This document shows positions 9,901 through 21,606 of a DNA stretch of 64,000 nucleotides, one piece after another. Origin of the DNA: Paraspadella gotoi (lineage: Eukaryota; Animalia; Chaetognatha); assembly GCA_051294375.1 (NCBI GenBank), contig CM119264.1, positions 23,972,002 through 24,036,001 of the forward strand, read 5' to 3'. The notes under the pieces were generated by a model that ran no database searches, was not told the origin of the DNA, and saw only the letters and a list, made by a program, of their open reading frames with translations. A program made the position numbers and the translations under genes. Position 1 is the first letter of the stretch; the number at the start of each line of letters is the position of its first letter.

Positions 9901-11685
9901 GAGACAAAGATGGAGATGAGGGACCCGGCGTTGATGATTCCGTAAAAGAGAGAAAAAAATTGGACAGACTTTTGTTTTTGTGTCGCGTCGAACTGATCAC
10001 CGCCAAAGGCCGCCACGCAGGGTTTGATACCCCCTTGAATAGAAAAATAAAAAAGGCGACTTTCGTAGCATTAATTTTATCTTTAAATATAAATATAATT
10101 TAAAAGCAGCTGAAGCTAATATGCTTTTTGCACAATCTCGAATGGTCGTACCAGTATAAAAGTTGATAGACAGACGCGGGTCTTTTACCCCCTCCTTCTC
10201 ATTCACCTCCTCTTCATCCTCCTCCCAGGGATTCGGGGCCGCGTTCACGAGTTCAGTTCACCTTCTCTCTCTTCTCCTACTAGTTTCTTCCCTTTTTTAC
10301 CCTCGTGATTTTGTCGCCGTATAGAGAGCGTACTTCTAGTCAATCGGTTTCCCGTTCCTACTGGATGCACTGGCCTTCGTCATTTTTAACTCATAAAACT
10401 TGCAATCGGTTGAATGCGGCTCTTTACTGACAATTCAGACAAGTACAAGCCAAGATTTAAAAAAAATTCTAACTAGTCGAATTGTAATCACAAAAATGTA
10501 TGAAATTGGTACAACCAATATGTTTAGGAACGATAGAACTGACATAAACATTGAATACAAACACTTATTAACCTGTCCCGATGCCGATGATAATGAGGCC
10601 GACGATCGGACCGTACCAAGAACCATGTCCGGCGCCCAACGCGGGTATCGACGTCAGCGCCATCACCAGATTTCCCGTGGCGTAAATCAGGGAAATGACG
10701 AGGATCGTTTTGAACTTTCCCCAGTAAGAGTCGGCGATTATGGCGCCTAAAACGAATTGGTTATCGGAGAAGTTAATGAGATCTTTATTATTTACAAAAT
10801 ATATAGGTCATGTGGGACCCACATTCTAGATTACATAATTAGTTAAACGATTGAAGACTAATCTATGTTTTATTTCTCTGTTTTACCATTTCGGCAGGTT
10901 TGAAAAATTTTATATTGTTGCCAAATGAAAGAAAAAAATAAAATCACCTTTTAACAAAAAATAGGAAAGACAAAATATATGTCAAGAAAATAATATTAAG
11001 AAACTTATGTAGAAAAAAAGGCATGAAAACTATAAATTGATTCATGCCAAAAACAGTCACCGATGAGGGGTGTGAAGTAGCACAGCATATTGAAGGCATG
11101 GAAGAGGGCGCTGGAGTCGTTGTCGTTGAAGCCGACGACTTTCTGAACGACGTGGCAAAGAAAATGACAAATAACAATGATTAGTCTCCAGAAGATGAAA
11201 AAATTGAAGACATAGTTCTTTGCCAAAAGATAAGACATAGCTGCGGACGTAATTTTATATTGTTATCCAAAAACACAAAAAATATACCGTAAGAACAGTT
11301 TGAAACATCGACTGACCGTCAAATATGGAATCAGCACAGCTCTCATTCCATAGAAGGAGTACCGCTCACAGAACTCGTTGCCAAGGATGAAGAAGACGGA
11401 AGCTGGAAACCCAAACACCTGTTGAAAACATTGATCCATAAATTGATTAAATAACAGATTTATCAATTGATTTATTATATTATTATTAGCACGAATTCAT
11501 CCGCATATCGATGATCCTATCAGATCCTGACTTCCTTTCACTGCGTATTTTCTTTTTTCTTTTGTTATAATTTGATGACCTTTGACTTTTCGCGTAGCCC
11601 TATTCACTATTCAGTACATATTCACCTGCCGCCCGGGAATGTGACCCGCCAGGGGAATCTGATCTTCGGCCGCGCCTTGCATCAT
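427..11685 (-). CDS. SLC15/POT-family proton-coupled oligopeptide transporter (PEPT1/2-like), paralog 1; multi-exon, last exon probably outside the window
   Basis: Spliced exons read MMQGAAEDQIPLAGHIPGRQ (11685-11626) | VFGFPASVFFILGNEFCERYSFYGMRAVL (ExxER motif) | FHAFNMLCYFTPLIG | GGIKPCVAAFGGDQF | CYPLAFGVPAVLM | FSPLPFFWALYDQQ | QPEMFQVVNPILIL | ..AIAMRYR. These are hallmark PTR2/SLC15 motifs. Confidence 0.95.
2588..2834 (+). repeat. ~245-bp interspersed repeat, copy 1
   Basis: Near-identical to 9588-9813 and to the reverse complement of 60988-61232. Confidence 0.9.
4277..5116 (+). CDS. Nested antisense gene, 2 exons (4277-4311, 4525-5116), ~208 aa; resembles the RPA70 N-terminal OB fold
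   Basis: ATG at 4277, donor CA|gtaagt and acceptor aacag|A restore the frame of ORF 4547-5116. The pattern LTKNVVTRLL..FTVLLIVIETT..LTFADDESIGHANVTGDIKKML..DLEPWTVIDVLEY..VTFTKIRK parallels RPA1 N-domain LSEGAIAAIM..PILQVINIRP..LLMSDG..QLSSNCVCQIHRF..VILMELEVL (by eye). Confidence 0.65.
5540..7951 (+). CDS. Nested antisense long exon: ankyrin repeats + Cys4 zinc ribbon + TTC3/DZIP3-like Cys/His domain + C-terminal coiled coil
   Basis: 785-codon uninterrupted ORF, open upstream to a candidate acceptor at about 5539 or 5561. Ankyrin motifs: VEYLLNRGFDIDLRD, MISKGADPLAITRDERTCLHLAIAKG. Zinc ribbon: CEKC..CLWC. The segment CCEFESC..EAICLENCRVSFHRSCW..CMTSKCPSKI follows TTC3-type C..C..FHxxCW..CxTxxC spacing. 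Confidence 0.85.
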   Translation, partial: SLVNNRQGQKISKIENIPVTNKRRTNIDSDQPLVVEWTETLAALIAKQLVDARFKHNCNPLELRHVWEMGTDRGDATFLRVVVEKTRDENLLRLLHPVIEKEMNTSVRTNLRFYALERMGCHRDLEMVKYLKTLNVPLMSSPQDANDFFGIMQEIDDPRFIEIFEAEGFDVNPNDVRFDLLHSMALMHFRDCVEYLLNRGFDIDLRDKEDYTSFMRIILFSDFYNWDRMEFLMWMISKGADPLAITRDERTCLHLAIAKGQEIPLLYLTQLGFVAVRRGKGNKDEQVDVFKRMREKRQRNLLTVEKVYFWPNKCEKCENRCPSDQLRCLWCGGRRGRKKAKGPIQEVEKSQVSKSVLSLEANADFESQILTENSNNAIIATCVNDLLNMVDELNATHDPVCCEFESCSKDDLTISTNDEHYFEAICLENCRVSFHRSCWSEFKGDESTKNFVGADCMTSKCPSKIESVKKISVEGNLICQYTREEREKKAKQRRCHETDNLISHSKEKDTTEDRDDHEGDLETASIQLSANEKPNETITTVPNQSPDLIHVDEKFLKKLEKSVEEEIVKTKSSKKKKKKKNKRVPLFEFNTNDDNATDTAVNVNQSDSIMQSSSLNVEGESEELMKEQSQEIAYRSLVEHLTKTDYSCSLANLRETIDQWDTTLRQSLLTPDFRANLILDPDQRFAIRHEGVEEMVILKANDTAVKVKAVDFPREPILERIQSQVNWSIELTKVKEEVFRSMQESKDESCGRCATLETRCATLESRCATLENRCATMEERFNDLSKRLRTSREVDERSEAPLA
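9588..9813 (+). repeat. ~245-bp interspersed repeat, copy 2 (small internal deletion)
   Basis: The block accaatataaaaattatccattcatttaataaataagctatcttg..gcaggtccctgcaagctttcaatc is shared with copy 1. Confidence 0.9.
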
Positions 11686-11922
11686 CAATCTTTTCTTTAC
11701 AGACCGCGCATATTATTTTAAATTTCCTGCTAATAATAGTATCAGTTTGTTTTTTTGCCAATTGGAAGACTAAGAGTGCATCATAAGATTGATGCTTTGA
11801 GGGAGAATTTTTAATTAAGGACAAATAGGCAAAACAATTTAGAAAATTTAAATAAATCTATGAAAATCCTTTGCATCAAGTTAAAGTTAGACTTGTTGGA
11901 GGCGAAAGGAGATAATTGATAT

Positions 11923-12192
11923 CGTTGAGGCGACTAATGATCGGTCTCTGTCTTTGCTAACGCAGAGGGAAGTCGTGAGGACTGTGGATGGAACACAACG
12001 CCTGGGAGGGTGTGTTCCCCCTCTGAGCCGATGGTATTGGCTGAACGATGATACACGTGAGGCGGTATGAATATACCGCCACAGGATCCTCGGGCCAAGA
12101 CATCGCTCAGGTTTTCCAGGCCTGAGAGGTGTCTCACGAGACTGCTACCATAGTGGGAGAAAGAGAGAGACCGATCATAAGTCGCCTCATCG
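11923..12192 (+). ncRNA. Candidate structured RNA / structured repeat, family A copy 1
   Basis: 27-bp closing inverted repeat (11923-11949/12166-12192), several internal hairpins, homology to 45363-45617 on the opposite strand. Confidence 0.55.
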
Positions 12193-12960
12193 TTTTAAAT
12201 TCAAGACGATTTACGCAATGTTAAAGCAATATACCTCAAAAAGGTCAAATCAGTTTTTTATTCAAACTGATATCTCTAGTGGTAAAAATTGCCCCAGAAA
12301 ATAGAAAAACAAAACTTTCGACGTCGAATATATGAAGGGAAAACGTTTTCCGAGTAATTCCTTCCTCGCGATTGTCTCGTGATCGAACATCATCAGCCCG
12401 GTTCTTTTTTTTATGACTAAGACGACGACGACAATTATAACGAAATTGAGAACGACAAAAACCAGAAATTTACTTTCGTTGATCTTATTTTTTTAGTTGC
12501 GCCAAGAGTACTCTATGAGACGCCTGGTATATTTAGACAAGCAACTATTTCGTGTCCACTTTTTTCTTAGTGTTGGAGATGGACTAGTCTTGTTGTACTA
12601 GTCTATTTGGACTAGTCTTTCGTCTATGACTATGTTATCGTAATTTATGCGAGAAAATAAAAATAAGAAAGTAGAAAAATTCCGTCTAATAATAAATAAT
12701 TCAAAACGGCACAAAGTTAAAGGATCACGGGACAAAAAAAGCTATTTAAAACGGGAAAAATCAGTGACGTAAAAAGAGGAATCAGATCTTGAGAACGAGG
12801 TAAATCAGAATTATAATTGAGAGTTAAATAGTGGAAAGAAAATTAAGATCATTGGATAAACTCGAGACGGCCGTTCTTACAGTCGACACTGAAACAGGGT
12901 CAGCCATCCCCAAAGAGGGGTTAACCCTGCGGAGATAAGGACGGCGGATCAGGAGTGGGG

Positions 12961-14674
12961 CTAGCCGAGCCTCGGTGCCTCAGGTTCGTCTGCGTTCGTC
13001 GTTTCGATTTCGTCGTAAACTTCTTCGTTCGACTTCCGGTTTTCGTTGGAATTGATGTCGTCCACGTACCTTTTAGGGTTTAAGCCAAGTTTTATTTTTA
13101 ACTGTGATTTCATCGGTAAATTAGTTGTAATTTAAAAAAATTGCAGATTATCTATTCAATTAATTTAAATTTGTTAATTATATCTTAATTCTTTTTTTTT
13201 TTCGGAAATGTTTTCATCGTTCAACAAATCAACCAGCGGGTGTATCTTTCCAACTCAATTATAAACTCAAAAATAATCAAATCAATCAACCGTTTAACCA
13301 ATCAGCTTCCTTGAATTCCATCTATCAATCTTTCAACCAATTAAATTCCTTCCCTCCAATCAACGAATAAATAAATAAATAAATAAATAAACTCGCTTGT
13401 ATCTCATGGCGATGACGATAAAGATTAAGGTGACGACAAAGTCGAGACCCGCGAAAAAGAAGAACTCGACCCAGACGCGTTTGAAGGCGTTGGAGGCGTA
13501 GATGATGACGTCGATGAGGTTGCCGAAGAAGATCGTCAACAGCCAGGCGGCCTGGGGAGAGAAGAAGTTGGGATGTTATAGACTTATAGTATTGCATAAT
13601 CTTATGATTTAAAAAAATCATTTAAAAATTAATAATTTTTTTAAAAAACTAATATTTTTATTAAAACTACCGCTTTCTTACAAATTAGAATCAGAGATGT
13701 GGACGCGATCCGGAAAGCATAAGCGAACACTGTGGAAGCGGCCCGATTTTTGAAGAACCCGAAACCGGGAGCGATAGAAAAATTGAGAATAAAGGATTGA
13801 ACCCGGAAGCTATAATAACCCTGCGTGTTGCTTCCTGGTCATTTGTTTTTATTTGGTTACAAATGAAAGATATTTAATGTATTAAAATCTTTGCAACCCC
13901 CTGCTCTTTCTGATTTTTCTTTTAAAAATTTATTTTTTATATTTTATTTTCAACATTTAAAATTGTTTGCTCCTAATTTTTTATTCACTTTTTCTTATTT
14001 CTCTTCTTTTATTTTTTTGTTTCTTTTTATTCTCTTTTCCTCTTTGGTCGAGAATCTATGAAAAAAATTACATATTTATTTTTTTAATTATTTTTTTAAA
14101 TATATTCAAATAAAAATCTGAGCTGAAAAAAAGATTTTTTTTATTCTGAAAAAAACTGTAATTAAGTTAAATAAAATTTAAATTAAATTTTTTTAATTCT
14201 ATAAAACTAAAAATTTTATTTCTAATATTTTTATTATTTTTCTTTAAAGAATTGACAAAGTTTTTGTTTGCAACAAATTTTATTTATTTTTCTTTAAATT
14301 TAAGTCTCTTTTTTTAAAAATCCATAACGTTTTTCATGTTACAAACAAGTTTAAACCAAAAGGATTGATCTGTTTTAGTAGCAATATTGTATAATATTAT
14401 GCTTATACTTACTTAAATCTCTAACACACTCTCTCTCTCTATCTTATTTCTTTTTCCCCTCTTATCACACAAAAACACGCCTCAAATTTTTATATAAATT
14501 TTTGTTTTGAGTCACCGCAAACATTATAAAAATATTTCAATTAATTAATTTAGAAAAAGCAAAGAATTTTGAATTTGTAACAATGGTTTTTAATTAATAG
14601 TTGGACATGTTTCGGCTTGTTTACTTCAAGCCTTCATCAGCATATGACATTCAATAATAAATTTGTTGTAAAGA

Positions 14675-14710
<36 letters not shown>

Positions 14711-17700
14711 AAAGAGAGAGAGAGGGTAAAAGTTTTCAACAAAAGTGGTGAGACAGAATAGTGGTCAGATGTGAGGACAGGTTGAAGGTAAGGGCAGATT
14801 GAGTGAGTTGTTGAAAAGAAGTGAACTTGTTAAAGAAGAGAGAGGAGATGTGTGTGAGAGAGAGAGAGAGAAACAAAACAACAGGGATAAATAATAAAGA
14901 TACATTTTTGCAATGTACAACAAAGATAAAGGAGTTTAATTAATTAAATAATTAATGATGGAAACCACGACAATGATAATACCGACGATGACAAATTGAT
15001 TGATTGCTTAATTTTTTTGATTGATTGATTGAATATTTGATTAATTGATTGAATAATTTATTAACTGATGAGTTCTGGCATTGTTAGCTCCTTTTGTTTT
15101 TTGTCTTTTATTATGACAAAAGAAATGACTACCCTGATGATGATTATGATGACAACGAGGATAGCACCATCATGATAAATTGAATGATTGATTGATCAAA
15201 TAAAATAAATTCATATCAGGCCTGTTAATTTTTAGGTCTTTTTGTCAGTGATAGCACTGACATCGTTTAATTGATTGATTAATTAATTGATTAATTAATT
15301 AGTTCTTTTAATAATTTATTGATAAATAAATTTATTAATTAGTTGATTGATAAATTAATTGATTATTTAATTGATTGATTGATAAAAAATTTTTTTAAGT
15401 GTTTTTGATTGAATAGTTGTTTAGTTAATTGATTGATTGATTAATTATTTGATTAATTGAATAATTAATGCAGCTTGTATTTATATTTAATAAAAAAAGA
15501 AAAAAGCAAATAGGGAAAAAGGTTTTTTGTTTTTTTTCATTTAAACTCATTTCCACTCGAACGATTCTTACAATCTTACAAATCTTACAATTTTTCATAG
15601 TAAAAATTTTACTTGTTATTTGTTAACAAAAAAGATTGTTTAAAATTATTCTACCAATGAATTACATGTCTAAAGAGAGTATTTTTATAAATAATAACAA
15701 AAGTAAAATTTTTAAAAGAAGGAAGCGATGTGCACTCGAAACCGAAAGCGATCCGGGCTAAAAAAGTAAGGATTGCACCCGAAAATGGGAGCGGGAGGGG
15801 TCTTGGAAGCGCCGGATTGGCAGCGGCGGAAAAATCGATCGCTTCCACATCTCTGATTAGAATCATCCTTTTCAGAGTTAATAATTCAACGTTTCCTTTT
15901 CTCTTTAAATTTAACTCTAATATATTAGGAATTGTTTATTGTTTGCCAATACAACGATTTTTATTGTCATATGACAATAAAAATCGTTGTATTGGCAAAC
16001 AATAAACAATTCCTAATATTCACTTAGCAACGAAAAGAGAGAAAATAATACAATAACTCTAATATAATAAATAATTATAGATAAAAGTTTCGTAACCTGT
16101 TAAAGTAATGACTTAACCCTCACACACATATATACAACTCCATTCATTTATTGAATGAATCTCCCACCTGAATGATAGACTTCATAGATTCAGGGGCTTG
16201 AGAATAAGCGAGCGCCAAACCGGTTATAGACAACAGGATTTCTGCCATTGTCATCACTGTTGTAATGGGCAACTGAAACGGAATGATGTGGCCCAGGATT
16301 TAAAGGTAAGGAATGACCGAATTTACTAATTTACAAAAAAGATTTCATTCTTTACGAGGACATTGGCAGCGTTTTCCTTCCCCTTACCTGCCAAAAGATG
16401 TTGACGTAAAAGGGGTGAGTGACTTCGAGAAGATCCGCTCTCTCTTTCTTGTTTTCGTCGATGAAAACGCTGAGGGTGTAAACTCCTCCATTGACCAGGG
16501 AATACGTTTTACTCTTGACTTTCGAAGTATGGACAGAGTAACGACCTGGAAATATTGTAACATTGACAGTGAGAAAAATGTTAATACTATAATTACTACA
16601 TGGATAATAACATTAAAAAGTAACGAACCGGGAAGTTGGGTAAAGACGTTCCTCTCATCCGAAGAATTGATCTTGAGCGGAACGGCGCCGAGCGTGTCAG
16701 CGGCTTTGATTTTGAGGGTAGAAAGCAAAGAAGGGGTCGGGGAGACCACGCTGAAGAAGGAAGGAGAGCATGGGGTCAGCAATCAAACTTGCAATCAATA
16801 TCCCGATCTCTGATATCGCGGCCCCCCCCCTCTCAAACTATTCCTCACTTGAGTCTGATTTTGTAGTATCCGCTCGGATGATCGACGGACCTCCTGTGCG
16901 GTTGTTGATATCCGTCGGTGTAGTTAAGGACGAAATCGTTGGGGAAGAAGACGACGACGAGGGCGTCGTTGTGCCAGTCGATCCCGCGGAGAGACAATCG
17001 ATCCACGCGGAAGTTCTTTTTGGGATCGAGGCTCCACTGAAGGTCCAGCTCGTCGCCAAAGTCGGAAAGGGTGAAAAGGAGGCGTTGATTGGTCATCACC
17101 TGAAAAGTATTCATTTATTGGCTGATTAAAGTGCGGAGGACATACTAATCCTACGCAGAGTGTTACGTTGCATTGGTTTCATCAAGCGTTAAGTAATAGG
17201 CCCTCTTTTTGCTACGGATATAGCCATGAAAAATAATCCTCAACTCACTCTGTTATTTCTAACGAGGATCGACTGGTTGCCAACTTTGACGATGAGGTCT
17301 TTGTTGTTTTGGTTGATGATCGACAAATACCCTTGACCGTCTGGTGGAGGCGAAACGAATTGTTTCTGTAGTCTCAACTCCAGAAAACCTATGCCGAAAA
17401 AAAATAAAAAATAAAAGAATAGTAAATTAGAGATAGAATGAAGAAAGTGAAGAGAAGAGGTAGGAAGAAAAGAAGAGAAGAGAAGAGATTGGAAAAGAAG
17501 AGAAGAGTAGAGAATGAAACCTGTAATGACGAAGGCGACTCCGGCCAAAAAGAGTCCGCAACCGATTCTCCGCAAAGGCAAAGTCCTAATTCCGCATTTC
17601 TCCACCAGAGGGTAGACGCCGTAGTCGAAAAGGACGATGAAGATGAGGATGAAGGCCGGGTTCACCACTTGATAAGCCTCGGGTTCGAAGAAGAGACCGA

Positions 17701-18215
17701 AGGCGCGAGAATCCATCGAGTAAGATTGCATCACCAACATCGTTCCCTGCCGGTCAATGCTTCGGTGAGTAATGACTGATGACCCACGAAATGACTCACT
17801 CTCGGGGTGGGGTATATGCCTTTTGATTGTCAGTTTAATATTTATTTTATAAATTAATCAATTTTTCGTAATAGCAAAGAATATAGGGGAAAAAAATAAA
17901 GATGTCCATCCAGGATTAATAATGGTCGAATATTCCATAGACCCATCGCCTATAGACTATACTTAATCCTTCCCTTCCTCCCTACCTGTTGATCATAGAG
18001 AGCCCAAAAGAAGGGCAGCGGAGAGAAAATGACCAACACCCCCAACACGGCCTTCACGTCGGAAATCATCTGCTCAGAATAAAAGCCCGAGGCCCAATCG
18101 AGGCAGTGGGCGCGCTTCTCACCGGAGTTACGATGGCGCCACTTTTCGCGTAAGGCGACGAACATACACCCCACCGTGTCTGGATGACAGAGGAGGAGAG
18201 AATTGTGTTGTGCTT

Positions 18216-18314
<99 letters not shown>

Positions 18315-20055
18315 AACAAGAGATCTAACAAGAGATCTAACAATAGAGAGAGAGAAAGAGAGAGAGAGAGCGAGTGTCCTTACCCTTAAATATATTCCCC
18401 TCTGGCGGAACCTTGACGTAGGTGGTGCAGATTCCGCCCAAAAAAAAGACGATGACAGAGATGACCATTAAGATGGCGGGAAGACCGAAGGCCAGAGAGT
18501 AACAGGTCTCGTCACCGAAACAGGCCACGTTTCCTGAAGACAAACTCCGGATTTTCACGAAAGAAAAAAAAAAACCCCGGCGACGCCGAGGGAGATATAA
18601 AGATTCCGGCGCCGAGATAAAAACCTCACCTTTTAGCACGGGACTCAGAAAGGTGGAGATGAGTGAACCTACGTTGATGATCGCGTAAAAAAAAGAAAAG
18701 AACTTGAGGGATTTCTCTTTTTCCGTTTCGTCGAATTGATCGCCGCCGAAAGCAGAGACGCAGGGTTTGATGCCGCCTGTCGGGAAAAAAAAAAGTTTTA
18801 AGTTAATTAATAACCGTTTATTTATTTAATTTTATAGCACAATTTTTAAATTCATTAAGTTTTTACCTTCGTTAAAAATTAATCGGTCGCATTCAGGTAC
18901 TTATAATATATATGCAATATTATATATAATATAATACTTATATTTATATTGGTTGTACCCATTTTATAAGTTGCAATGTCATTGCTCTTTTTTTTTTTAT
19001 TCGAGAAACAGTTTTCTCCCTTCAAAACCAATACTAGCGGTAAAACGTACAAGTAACTAAAAATAAAAGGTAGTCAACAACAATGGAAATAGTTTAAGGG
19101 GAACTTGCATTTGAAGAAAAAAGACGAAGTTAAATAGATATAATCAATAATAAATTTATAAAAGACTAGTTGATCTCTTAAAATGTAGACATACGTAAGT
19201 ACGTATACTATAAAATCAATTGATCAGAAATAAACCTACCAATGAAGTCAAATCAAAGAACTCAAAGTACAACACGCCGCTCACCAGTTCCGATTCCGAT
19301 GATGATCAGCCCGGCTATGGGGCCGTACAATGAGCCGTGCCCGGCGCCGAGGGTGGGGATGGCGGTCAGGGCCATGACAATGTTTCCGACGGCGTAAACG
19401 AGAGAAACAATGAGAATCGTTTTGTACTTTCCCCAGTAGGAGTCGGCGATGATGGCGCCTGGGCGAGTTAAGTTTTTTTGTTTGCTCTTTTGTTTTTTTT
19501 TTTTAAATTTATTATTATTTTATTTCATTTTAGTTTTAACGAGTAAAGACTGAGGAGAGTATAAAGTGGGATTCCCAGTCATTTCGTCTTGAAACTTAAT
19601 TTAAACTACTAAGGTTTTAAAAAGCGAAGACGGGGAATTGGGGATTCCCCCCGAGTGAAAGATGACTCACCAAAAAGGGGCGATAAGTAACACAACATGT
19701 TAAAGCCGTGAGCCAAGGCCGTGCAGTCGTTCTCGCTCAAACCAATCACGTCCTGCATTTGAAAATATCGCGTTAGTTTTTTTATTTCGTATTTGAAAGG
19801 ATTCTAATACTCCAAGACAACGCTCTTTTCTTAGATGTATTTTGGGTAATGATACCATCGCAGGAGTATCAGCCTCACCAAAAGTGGAACCGGATGAGTT
19901 TTTCCTTAAATGATACTGCAAAATACCGGAGGAGTTATCACCTTTCGTCTTACCTGAAAATACGGTATCAAAATCGTCTTCATCCCATAAAAGGAAAACC
20001 TTTCGCAGAATTCATTCCCGAGAATGAAAAGGATGGCGATGGGATATCCGAACAT
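12961..20055 (-). CDS. SLC15/POT-family peptide transporter, paralog 2 (tandem duplicate)
   Basis: Exons read MFGYPIAILFILGNEFCERFSFYGMKT, GGIKPCVSAFGGDQF, CYSLAFGLPAILM, FSPLPFFWALYDQQ, EPEAYQVVNPAFIL, AYSQAPESMKSIIQ, IAMRYK|YVDDINS..APRLG* with stop at 12963-12961. The start may lie in an unseen upstream exon. Confidence 0.95.
13692..15855. mobile_element. Non-autonomous hAT-type DNA transposon in an SLC15 paralog 2 intron
   Basis: TIRs cagagatgtgga(c/a)gcgatc at both ends and a perfect 8-bp TSD attagaat (13684-13691 and 15856-15863). No transposase ORF. Confidence 0.9.
14601..14646 (-). ncRNA. Minimal hammerhead ribozyme, Penelope-like-element type
   Basis: Minus strand reads atg-CTGATGA-a-ggcttg(aagtaaa)caagcc-GAAA-catg-TC-caa: intact core, 6-bp stem II, palindromic ACATGT stem III. 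Stem I is weak. Confidence 0.75.
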
Positions 20056-20281
20056 CTGCGGGAGAATATTATTTTAAAAAAATCAATATAATTGTCTGGC
20101 CATCTTTCATTTTTAAGGGTGGCACGGTTGTGTTGGTGCCAAGGGGGAGATAGAAAATAAGGCGACTGAAATTTAACCCTGAAAGGAATTTAATTCCCCA
20201 CTCCCCGCATTTTCGAAATCATCTTGAAAGATCTAGTATTATCGAGTGTTATCTGGTATTTTTAAGACCAAGATGTGTGAT

Positions 20282-20370
<89 letters not shown>

Positions 20371-21151
20371 ATAATCTCTCAGAAGTGGATAATCTTCGAC
20401 TTTGGAACTAAATTACTTCATCGTGAGTTCGTTTCGAGTTTCGACGCGAATCACAGTGAACAAGACGTTCGTCACTTCACCATTTTCCGCTCAAAATTTA
20501 AAATTTCTTTCATTTTCTAGTTTGACTCTCACTCAAAATTTCCGTGTTTTATTTTATTCGTTTTCAAGAACTAAGAATTTAACTTAGTTTAAGCTTAGCG
20601 ATTCGTCCTCGTGAATCTGTGATCCTTCTCCTCTAGAAAACTCGTTCACGTGATAACTTTACACACCTTTAATCACGCCGCCCACGCTTCAAAATCGAAT
20701 CGAATTAAATAAACATCTATCAAATATACAAACTTGTTTTGCCATTTTTTTCTCGAAATACTTTTATTAGAAATAAACAGAAAAAAAATATTACAAAATT
20801 TAAAGTAAAAGCCCCAACGAAATTACTTAATGAAAATATTTAATATTCAATATTCAATCTCTTTTGTCTAAAGTGCCCGATAAAAAAGGAAAGCAAACAG
20901 AACCTAAGTAAAATATTCACTTGGCAAAATGCTGTAGTAAAATTTCGAAAATTTTAAGTTGGAAACGAACAAACAAGTGATATCCAGAAACATTTGTGAG
21001 TCGCCTTATTGCGTCTTTTCATCGTTATAATCCCATAAAAACAGCACCACGAATCGACTCGGGGTCAAAACAATAATACAAGCATGAGCTGACCCATTAC
21101 ACCAGCAGAATTACATAGTCCGTTCATAATCTTCTCCAGCAAACCAGCACC

Positions 21152-21433
21152 ATGAGCCTGCCCATGATTAATCCCATGTGGCTGAACCAAGCGCGGGAAG
21201 CGGCTCATCGTCGATCGCTCGCCGAACGAAAGAGCCGATCTGGGTCTCAATCCGGTTCCCGTCCCGGCTCCAGATCCGCGTCAAGATCCGGCTCCCGCCC
21301 TTCGTCCAGGTCGAGTTCCGTCCGGTCGCGGACCGCGTCCGGATCATCCGACCGGACCTTCGTGAAAGCGTACGGCCCGGCGTCCGGACTGGCCTTCGCC
21401 ATCGTCGCCAGGGGAGGATCTGCGTCTTCGATC

Positions 21434-21464
<31 letters not shown>

Positions 21465-21606
21465 AATCCCGACATAGGAACGATGACGACGACGTAGATG
21501 ACGACGACGTAGATGACGACGCTTCGAAAAAGAAGCAAGTGATTTATCGAATCGTGAGAGAAAGCGAGGGATCTACTGACGACGCCGCTGCTCCCTCCGC
21601 CGCCAG
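21152..21606 (+). CDS. Exon of an unknown Ser/Arg-rich, low-complexity protein
   Basis: GC-rich ORF preceded by acceptor ctccag and ending at donor AG|gtgaga (21607). It has SRSG-type repeats and poly-T and poly-D tracts. Downstream exons are obscured by the gap. Confidence 0.55.

Noticed and set aside
16313-16813. 166-aa plus-strand ORF and similar ORFs at 2205, 9187, 10400 and 17438
   Set aside because: Antisense shadows of GC-rich SLC15 exons; no independent motifs.
20595-20625. gattcgtcctcgtgaatc resembling an HDV ribozyme P3/L3
   Set aside because: No P1, P1.1 GG, P4 or P2 partners found nearby.
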